Source: Auanema rhodensis (taxonomy: Eukaryota; Animalia; Nematoda). From it: a DNA stretch of 64,000 nucleotides. Both the position numbers and the translations under genes were made by a program. The stretch spans positions 20,088,001 to 20,152,000 of the forward strand of contig OZ059897.1 of NCBI GenBank assembly GCA_964057225.1, read 5' to 3'. A model generated the notes under the pieces. The model searched no databases. It was given only the letters and a program-made list of their open reading frames with translations, and was not told where the DNA came from. Below, in pieces: positions 1-10,000 of this stretch; within the stretch, counting starts at the first letter, position 1, and every line of letters begins with the position of its first letter.

Positions 1-58
1 AAAGACGATGGACAATGTTATTCAACGAAAAAATTAATTCTTCAGGGTGAAAATCGAG

Positions 59-80
59 GATATAAGTGTAAACTTATATC
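59..80. repeat. Inverted repeat 1 (per monomer): 9-bp arms, 4-nt loop GTAA or GTGA
   Basis: GATATAAGT (59-67) is the exact reverse complement of ACTTATATC (72-80). Confidence 0.92.
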
Positions 81-89
81 AGTTGATAT
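76..89. repeat. Short dyad ATATCA-GT-TGATAT overlapping inverted repeat 1
   Basis: ATATCA (76-81) is the reverse complement of TGATAT (84-89), with a 2-nt spacer. Confidence 0.7.
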
Positions 90-90
90 C

Positions 91-157
91 TCGGTGCATT
101 TTTAAGCTAGCGCAAATCTGATAACACAGATCGACGCAGCTTAAAAATCCGCATCGA
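91..157. repeat. Inverted repeat 2 (per monomer): long imperfect hairpin
   Basis: ATTTTTAAGCT (98-108)/AGCTTAAAAAT (138-148), 11 bp perfect; GCG (110-112)/CGC (135-137); ATCTG (116-120)/CAGAT (127-131); loop ATAACA; outer TCGGTGC (91-97)/GCATCGA (151-157) with one G-T pair. Confidence 0.9.
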
Positions 158-231
158 ATGCACTATACTACATTGAGAAACGCTTAATACAAAAATTAGT
201 TATGATCGTTTGAAAAATGATGCATTAGTGT

Positions 232-259
232 ATGTTGAGTTTCCATGTACACTCAACAT
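232..259. repeat. Inverted repeat 3 (per monomer): 9-bp arms, 10-nt loop TTCCATGTAC
   Basis: ATGTTGAGT (232-240) is the exact reverse complement of ACTCAACAT (251-259). Confidence 0.92.
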
Positions 260-272
260 TGCTTCCGAAAAC

Positions 273-307
273 ATTTTGACAAAAATTTTTTCGAAAAATT
301 TCAAAAT
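273..307. repeat. Inverted repeat 4 (per monomer): A/T-tract palindrome
   Basis: Perfect 12-bp palindrome TTTTTCGAAAAA (287-298), flanked by ATTTTGA (273-279)/TCAAAAT (301-307). Confidence 0.85.
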
Positions 308-2106
308 AATTTAGCAAAAAGTAGATGTTTTTAGATTCCTTTTTTCAAGGCAAAGACGATGGACAATGTTATTCAACGAAAAAATTAATTCTTCAGGGTG
401 AAAATCGAGGATATAAGTGTAAACTTATATCAGTTGATATCTCGGTGCATTTTTAAGCTAGCGCAAATCTGATAACACAGATCGACGCAGCTTAAAAATC
501 CGCATCGAATGCACTATACTACATTGAGAAACGCTTAATACAAAAATTAGTTATGATCGTTTGAAAAATGATGCATTAGTGTATGTTGAGTTTCCATGTA
601 CACTCAACATTGCTTCCGAAAACATTTTGACAAAAATTTTTTCGAAAAATTTCAAAATAATTTAGCAAAAAGTAGTTGTTTTTAGATTCCTTTTTTCAAG
701 GCGAAGACGATGGACAATGTTATTCAACGAAAAAATTAATTCTTCAGGGTGAAAATCGAGGATTTAAGTGTGAACTTATATCAGTTGATATCTCGGTACA
801 TTTTTAAGCTAGCGCAAATCTGATAACACAGATCGACGCAGCTTAAAAATCCGCATCGAATGCACTATACTACATGGAAGAACGCTTAATACAAAAATTA
901 GTTATGATCGTTTGAAAAATGATGCATTAGTGTATGTTGAGTTTCCATGTACACTCAACATTGCTTCCAAAAACATTTTGACAAAAATTTTTTCGAAAAA
1001 TTTCAAAATAATTTAGCAAAAAGTAGATGTTTTTAGATTCCTTATTTCAAGGCAAAGACGATGGACAATGTTATTCAACGAAAAAATTATTTCTTCAGGG
1101 TGAAAATCGAGGATATAAGTGTGAACTTATATCAGTTGATATATCGGTGCATTTTTAAGCTAGCGCACATCTGATAACACAGATCGACGCAGCTTAAAAA
1201 TCCGCATCGAATGCACTATACTACATTAAGAAACGCCTAATACAAAAATTAGTTATGATCGTTTGAAAAATGATGCATTAGTGTATGTTGAGTTTCCATG
1301 TACACTCAACATTGCTTCCAAAAACATTTTGACAAAAATTTTTTCGAAAAATTTCAGAATAATTTAGCAAAAAGTAGATGTTTTTAGATTCCTTTTTTCA
1401 AGGCAAAGACGATGGACAATGTTATTCAACGAAAAAATTAATTCTTCAGGGTGAAAATCGAGGATATAAGTGTGAACTTATATCAGTTGATATCTCGGTA
1501 CATTTTTAAGCTAGCGCAAATCTGATAACACAGATCGACGCAGCTTAAAAATCCGCATCGAATGCACTATACTACATGGAAGAACGCTTAATACAAAAAT
1601 TAGTTATGATCGTTTGAAAAATGATGCATTAGTGTATGTTGAGTTTCCATGTACACTCAACATTGCTTCCAAAAACATTTTGACAAAAATTTTTTCGAAA
1701 AATTTCAAAATAATTTAGCAAAAAGTAGATGTTTTTAGATTCCTTTTTTCAAGGCAAAGACGATGGACAATGTTATTCAACGAAAAAATTATTTCTTCAG
1801 GGTGAAAATCGAGGATATAAGTGTGAACTTATATCAGTTGATATCTCGGTGCATTTTTAAGCTAGCGCAAATCTGATAACACAGATCGACGCAGCTTAAA
1901 AATCCGCATCGAATGCACTATACTACATTGAGAAACGCTTAATACAAAAATTAGTTATGATCGTTTGAAAAATGATGCATTAGTGTATGTTGAGTTTCCA
2001 TGTACACTCAACATTGCTTCCAAAAACATTTTGACAAAAATTTTTTCGAAAAATTTCAAAATAATTTAGCAAAAAGTAGATGTTTTTAGATTCCTTTTTT
2101 CAAGGC

Positions 2107-3508
2107 AAAGACGATGGACGATGTTATTCAACGAAAAAATTAATTCTTCAGGGTGAAAATCGAGGATATAAGTGTGAACTTATATCAGTTGATATCTCGG
2201 TGCATTTTTAAGCTAGCGCAAATCTGATAACACAGATCGACGCAGCTCAAAAATCCGTACCAATGCACTATACTATATTGAGAAACGCTTAATACAAAAA
2301 TTAGTTATGATCGTTTGAAAAATGATGCATTAGTGTATGTTGAGTTTCCATGTACACTCAACATTGCTTCCAAAAACATTTTGACAAAAATTTTTTCGAA
2401 AAATTTCAAAATAATTTAGCAAAAAGTAGATGTTTTTAGATTCCTTTTTTCAAGGCAAAGACGATGTACAATGTTATTTAACGAAAAAATTAATTCTTCA
2501 GGGTGAAAATCGAGGATATAAGTGTAAACTTATATCAGTTGATATCTCGGTGCATTTTTAAGCTAGCGCAAATCTGATAACACAGATCGACGCAGCTTAA
2601 AAATCCGCATCGAATGCACTATACTACATTGAGAAACGCTTAATACAAAAATTAGTTATGATCGTTTGAAAAATGATGCATTAGTGTATGTTGAGTTTCC
2701 ATGTACACTCAACATTGCTTCCGAAAACATTTTGACAAAATTTTTTTCGAAAAATTTCAAAATAATTTAGCAAAAAGTAGATGTTTTTAGATTCCTTTTT
2801 TCAAGGCAAAGACGATGGACGATGTTATTCAACGAAAAAATTAATTCTTCAGGGTGAAAATCGAGGATATAAGTGTGAACTTATATCAGTTGATATCTCG
2901 GTGCATTTTTAAGCTAGCGCAAATCTGATAACACAGATCGACGCAGCTCAAAAATCCGTACCAATGCACTATACTATATTGAGAAACGCTTAATACAAAA
3001 ATTAGTTATGATCGTTTGAAAAATGATGCATTAGTGTATGTTGAGTTTCCATGTACACTCAACATTGCTTCCAAAAACATTTTGACAAAAATTTTTTCGA
3101 AAAATTTCAAAATAATTTAGCAAAAAGTAGATGTTTTTAGATTCCTTTTTTCAAGGCAAAGACGATGTACAATGTTATTTAACGAAAAAATTAATTCTTC
3201 AGGGTGAAAATCGAGGATATAAGTGTAAACTTATATCAGTTGATATCTCGGTGCATTTTTAAGCTAGCGCAAATCTGATAACACAGATCGACGCAGCTTA
3301 AAAATCCGCATCGAATGCACTATACTACATTGAGAAACGCTTAATACAAAAATTAGTTATGATCGTTTGAAAAATGATGCATTAGTGTATGTTGAGTTTC
3401 CATGTACACTCAACATTGCTTCCGAAAACATTTTGACAAAATTTTTTTCGAAAAATTTCAAAATAATTTAGCAAAAAGTAGATGTTTTTAGATTCCTTTT
3501 TTCAAGGC
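2107..3508. repeat. Higher-order dimer, 2 x 701 bp
   Basis: The pair [GACGATG/GTACCA 350-bp monomer + ATGTACAA/CAAAATTTTTTT monomer] occurs at 2107-2807 and again at 2808-3508. Confidence 0.88.
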
Positions 3509-6500
3509 AAAGACGATGGACAATGTTATTCAACGAAAAAATTAATTCTTCAGGGTGAAAATCGAGGATATAAGTGTAAACTTATATCAGTTGATATCTC
3601 GGTGCATTTTTAAGCTAGCGCAAATCTGATAACACAGATCGACGCAGCTTAAAAATCCGCATCGAATGCACTATACTACATTGAGAAACGCTTAATACAA
3701 AAATTAGTTATGATCGTTTGAAAAATGATGCATTAGTGTATGTTGAGTTTCCATGTACACTCAACATTGCTTCCAAAAACATTTTGACAAAAATTTTTTC
3801 GAAAAATTTCAAAATAATTTAGCAAAAAGTAGATGTTTTTAGATTCCTTTTTTCAAGGCAAAAACGATGGACAATGTTATTCAACGAAAAAATTAATTCT
3901 TCAGGGTGAAAATCGAGGATATAAGTGTAAACTTATATCAGTTGATATCTCGGTGCATTTTTAAGCTAGCGCAAATCTGATAACACAGATCGACGCAGCT
4001 TAAAAATCCGCATCGAATGCACTATACTACATTGAGAAACGCTTAATACAAAAATTAGTTATGATCGTTTGAAAAATGATGCATTAGTGTATGTTGAGTT
4101 TCCATGTACACTCAACATTGCTTCCAAAAACATTTTGACAAAAATTTTTTCGAAAAATTTCAAAATAATTTAGCAAAAAGTAGATGTTTTTAGATTCCTT
4201 TTTTCAAGGCAAAGACGATGGACGATGTTATTCAACGAAAAAATTAATTCTTCAGGGTGAAAATCGAGGATATAAGTGTGAACTTATATCAGTTGATATC
4301 TCGGTGCATTTTTAAGCTAGCGCAAATCTGATAACACAGATCGACGCAGCTCAAAAATCCGTACCAATGCACTATACTATATTGAGAAACGCTTAATACA
4401 AAAATTAGTTATGATCGTTTGAAAAATGATGCATTAGTGTATGTTGAGTTTCCATGTACACTCAACATTGCTTCCAAAAACATTTTGACAAAAATTTTTT
4501 CGAAAAATTTCAAAATAATTTAGCAAAAAGTAGATGTTTTTAGATTCCTTTTTTCAAGGCAAAGACAATGGACCATGTTATTCAACGAAAAAATTAATTC
4601 TTCAGGGTGAAAATCGAGGATATAAGTGTAAACTTATATCAGTTGATATCTCGGTGCATTTTTAAGCTAGCGCAAATCTGATAACACAGATCGACGCAGC
4701 TTAAAAATCCGCATCGAATGCACTATACTACATTGAGAAACGCTTAATACAAAAATTAGTTATGATCGTTTGAAAAATGATGCATTAGTGTATGTTGAGT
4801 TTCCATGTACACTCAACATTGCTTCCGAAAACATTTTGACAAAAATTTTTTCGAAAAATTTCAAAATAATTTAGCAAAAAGTAGATGTTTTTAGATTCCT
4901 TTTTTCAAGGCAAAGACGATGGACAATGTTATTCAACGAAAAAATTAATTCTTCAGGGTGAAAATCGAGGATATAAGTGTAAACTTATATCAGTTGATAT
5001 CTCGGTGCATTTTTAAGCTAGCGCAAATCTGATAACACAGATCGACGCAGCTTAAAAATCCGCATCGAATGCACTATACTACATTGAGAAACGCTTAATA
5101 CAAAAATTAGTTATGATCGTTTGAAAAATGATGCATTAGTGTATGTTGAGTTTCCATGTACACTCAACATTGCTTCCGAAAACATTTTGACAAAAATTTT
5201 TTCGAAAAATTTCAAAATAATTTAGCAAAAAGTAGATGTTTTTAGATTCCTTTTTTCAAGGCAAAGACGATGGACGATGTTATTCAACGAAAAAATTAAT
5301 TCTTCAGGGTGAAAATCGAGGATATAAGTGTGAACTTATATCAGTTGATATCTCGGTGCATTTTTAAGCTAGCGCAAATCTGATAACACAGATCGACGCA
5401 GCTCAAAAATCCGTACCAATGCACTATACTATATTGAGAAACGCTTAATACAAAAATTAGTTATGATCGTTTGAAAAATGATGCATTAGTGTATGTTGAG
5501 TTTCCATGTACACTCAACATTGCTTCCAAAAACATTTTGACAAAAATTTTTTCGAAAAATTTCAAAATAATTTAGCAAAAAGTAGATGTTTTTAGATTCC
5601 TTTTTTCAAGGCAAAGACGATGGACAATGTTATTTAACGAAAAAATTAATTCTTCAGGGTGAAAATCGAGGATATAAGTGTAAACTTATATCAGTTGATA
5701 TCTCGGTGCATTTTTAAGCTAGCGCAAATCTGATAACACAGATCGACGCAGCTTAAAAATCCGCATCGAATGCACTATACTACATTGAGAAACGCTTAAT
5801 ACAAAAATTAGTTATGATCGTTTGAAAAATGATGCATTAGTGTATGTTGAGTTTCCATGTACACTCAACATTGCTTCCGAAAACATTTTGACAAAAATTT
5901 TTTCGAAAAATTTCAAAATAATTTAGCAAAAAGTAGATGTTTTTAGATTCCTTTTTTCAAGGCAAAGACGATGGACAATGTTATTCAACGAAAAAATTAA
6001 TTCTTCAGGGTGAAAATCGAGGATATAAGTGTAAACTTATATCAGTTGATATCTCGGTGCATTTTTAAGCTAGCGCAAATCTGATAACACAGATCGACGC
6101 AGCTTAAAAATCCGCATCGAATGCACTATACTACATTGAGAAACGCTTAATACAAAAATTAGTTATGATCGTTTGAAAAATGATGCATTAGTGTATGTTG
6201 AGTTTCCATGTACACTCAACATTGCTTCCGAAAACATTTTGACAAAAATTTTTTCGAAAAATTTCAAAATAATTTAGCAAAAAGTAGATGTTTTTAGATT
6301 CCTTTTTTCAAGGCAAAGACGATGGACAATGTTATTCAACGAAAAAATTAATTCTTCAGGGTGAAAATCGAGGATATAAGTGTAAACTTATATCAGTTGA
6401 TATCTCGGTGCATTTTTAAGCTAGCGCAAATCTGATAACACAGATCGACGCAGCTTAAAAATCCGCATCGAATGCACTATACTACATTGAGAAACGCTTA

Positions 6501-7016
6501 ATACAAAAATTAGTTATGATCGTTTGAAAAATGATGCATTAGTGTATGTTGAGTTTCCATGTACACTCAACATTGCTTCCGAAAACATTTTGACAAAAAT
6601 TTTTTCGAAAAATTTCAAAATAATTTAGCAAAAAGTAGATGTTTTTAGATTCCTTTTTTCAAGGCAAAGACGATGGACAATGTTATTCAACGAAAAAATT
6701 AATTCTTCAGGGTGAAAATCGAGGATATAAGTGTAAACTTATATCAGTTGATATCTCGGTGCATTTTTAAGCTAGCGCAAATCTGATAACACAGATCGAC
6801 GCAGCTTAAAAATCCGCATCGAATGCACTATACTACATTGAGAAACGCTTAATACAAAAATTAGTTATGATCGTTTGAAAAATGATGCATTAGTGTATGT
6901 TGAGTTTCCATGTACACTCAACATTGCTTCCGAAAACATTTTGACAAAAATTTTTTCGAAAAATTTCAAAATAATTTAGCAAAAAGTAGATGTTTTTAGA
7001 TTCCTTTTTTCAAGGC

Positions 7017-10000
7017 AAAGACGATGGACAATGTTATTCAACGAAAAAATTAATTCTTCAGGGTGAAAATCGAGGATATAAGTGTAAACTTATATCAGTT
7101 GATATCTCGGTGCATTTTTAAGCTAGCGCAAATCTGATAACACAGATCGACGCAGCTCAAAAATCCGTACCAATGCACTATACTATATTGAGAAACGCTT
7201 AATACAAAAATTAGTTATGATCGTTTGAAAAATGATGCATTAGTGTATGTTGAGTTTCCATGTACACTCAACATTGCTTCCAAAAACATTTTGACAAAAA
7301 TTTTTTCGAAAAATTTCAAAATAATTTAGCAAAAAGTAGATGTTTTTAGATTCCTTTTTTCAAGGCAAAGACGATGGACAATGTTATTTAACGAAAAAAT
7401 TAATTCTTCAGGGAGAAAATCGAGGATATAAGTGTAAACTTATATCAGTTGATATCTCGGTGCATTTTTAAGCTAGCGCAAATCTGATAACACAGATCGA
7501 CGCAGCTTAAAAATCCGCATCGAATGCACTATACTACATTGAGAAACGCTTAATACAAAAATTAGTTATGATCGTTTGAAAAATGATGCATTAGTGTATG
7601 TTGAGTTTCCATGTACACTCAACATTGCTTCCGAAAACATTTTGACAAAAATTTTTTCGAAAAATTTCAAAATAATTTAGCAAAAAGTAGATGTTTTTAG
7701 ATTCCTTTTTTCAAGGCAAAGACGATGGACAATGTTATTCAACGAAAAAATTAATTCTTCAGGGTGAAAATCGAGGATATAAGTGTAAACTTATATCAGT
7801 TGATATCTCGGTGCATTTTTAAGCTAGCGCAAATCTGATAACACAGATCGACGCAGCTTAAAAATCCGCATCGAATGCACTATACTACATTGAGAAACGC
7901 TTAATACAAAAATTAGTTATGATCGTTTGAAAAATGATGCATTAGTGTATGTTGAGTTTCCATGTACACTCAACATTGCTTCCAAAAACATTTTGACAAA
8001 AATTTTTTCAAAAAATTTCAAAATAATTTAGCAAAAAGTAGATATTTTTAGATTCCTTTTTTCAAGGCAAAGACAATGGACCATGTTATTCAACGAAAAA
8101 ATTAATTCTTCAGGGTGAAAATCGAGGATATAAGTGTAAACTTATATCAGTTGATATCTCGGTGCATTTTTAAGCTAGCGCAAATCTGATAACACAGATC
8201 GACGCAGCTTAAAAATCCGCATCGAATGCACTATACTACATTGAGAAACGCTTAATACAAAAATTAGTTATGATCGTTTGAAAAATGATGCATTAGTGTA
8301 TGTTGAGTTTCCATGTACACTCAACATTGCTTCCAAAAACATTTTGACAAAAATTTTTTCGAAAAATTTCAAAATAATTTAGCAAAAAGTAGATGTTTTT
8401 AGATTCCTTTTTTCAAGGCAAAGACAATGGACCATGTTATTCAACAAAAAAATTAATTCTTCAGGGTGAAAATCGAGGATATAAGTGTGAACTTATATCA
8501 GTTGATATCTCGGTGCATTTTTAAGCTAGCGCAAATCTGATAACACAGATCGACGCAGCTCAAAAATCCGTACGAATGCACTATACTATATTGAGAAACG
8601 CTTAATACAAAAATTAGTTATGATCGTTTGAAAAATGATGCATTAGTGTATGTTGAGTTTCCATGTACACTCAACATTGCTTCCAAAAACATTTTGACAA
8701 AAATTTTTTCGAAAAATTTCAAAATAATTTAGCAAAAAGTATATGTTTTTAGATTCCTTTTTTCAAGGCAAAGACGATGGACAATGTTATTTAACGAAAA
8801 AATTAATTCTTCAGGGTGAAAATCGAGGATATAAGTGTAAACTTATATCAGTTGATATCTCGGTGCATTTTTAAGCTAGCGCAAATCTGATAACACAGAT
8901 CGACGCAGCTTAAAAATCCGCATCGAATGCACTATACTACATTGAGAAACGCTTAATACAAAAATTAGTTATGATCGTTTGAAAAATGATGCATTAGTGT
9001 ATGTTGAGTTTCCATGTACACTCAACATTGCTTCCGAAAACATTTTGACAAAAATTTTTTCGAAAAATTTCAAAATAATTTAGCAAAAAGTAGATGTTTT
9101 TAGATTCCTTTTTTCAAGGCAAAGACGATGGACAATGTTATTCAACGAAAAAATTAATTCTTCAGGGTGAAAATCGAGGATATAAGTGTAAACTTATATC
9201 AGTTGATATCTCGGTGCATTTTTAAGCTAGCGCAAATCTGATAACACAGATCGACGCAGCTTAAAAATCCGCATCGAATGCACTATACTACATTGAGAAA
9301 CGCTTAATACAAAAATTAGTTATGATCGTTTGAAAAATGATGCATTAGTGTATGTTGAGTTTCCATGTACACTCAACATTGCTTCCAAAAACATTTTGAC
9401 AAAAATTTTTTCGGAAAATTTCAAAATAATTTAGCAAAAAGTAGATGTTTTTAGATTCCTTTTTTCAAGGCAAAGACAATGGACCATGTTATTCAACGAA
9501 AAAATTAATTCTTCAGGGTGAAAATCGAGGATATAAGTGTAAACTTATATCAGTTGATATCTCGGTGCATTTTTAAGCTAGCGCAAATCTGATAACACAG
9601 ATCGACGCAGCTTAAAAATCCGCATCGAATGCACTATACTACATTGAGAAACGCTTAATACAAAAATTAGTTATGATCGTTTGAAAAATGATGCATTAGT
9701 GTATGTTGAGTTTCCATGTACACTCAACATTGCTTCCAAAAACATTTTGACAAAAATTTTTTCGAAAAATTTCAAAATAATTTAGCAAAAAGTAGATGTT
9801 TTTAGATTCCTTTTTTCAAGGCAAAGACGATGGACAATGTTATTTAACGAAAAAATTAATTCTTCAGGGTGAAAATCGAGGATATAAGTGTAAACTTATA
9901 TCAGTTGATATCTCGGTGCATTTTTAAGCTAGCGCAAATCTGATAACACAGATCGACGCAGCTTAAAAATCCGCATCGAATGCACTATACTACATTGAGA

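Larger units (their letters stand above)
1..351. repeat. Representative monomer (phase arbitrary); 110/351 G+C; carries EcoRV (85-90), NheI (106-111), NsiI (220-225), BsrGI (246-251) and BstBI (290-295) sites
   Basis: Read directly; the next copy begins at 352. Confidence 0.97.

Noticed and set aside
36-45. Hammerhead ribozyme core (CTGAAGA on the - strand; CTGATAA at 118-124 on the + strand)
   Set aside because: I could not build stem II followed by GAAA and stems I/III around the - strand motif, and the + strand motif lacks the conserved G8. An Infernal/RNAMotif search would settle it.
59-157. Bacterial intrinsic terminators or promoters
   Set aside because: Stems are AT-rich without a following U-tract, and there is no gene context.
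189-287. Sm-site-like AATTTTTG (two copies on the - strand), suggesting an snRNA or spliced-leader array
   Set aside because: Expected in AT-rich sequence; no recognisable snRNA, SL RNA, 5S rRNA or tRNA sequence, and no Pol III boxes.
285-305. CENP-B box
   Set aside because: TTCG is present but the downstream CGGG of the consensus is absent.
1-351. Assignment to a known ~350-360-bp satellite family (Drosophila 1.688, Tribolium or Pimelia satellites)
   Set aside because: Only length and AT content are similar; I cannot recognise sequence identity without a database search.
5964-7016. Assembly artefact from identical monomers
   Set aside because: Short runs of identical monomers exist, but private and nested SNP patterns across the array argue for real sequence. 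Exact copy number still needs read support.
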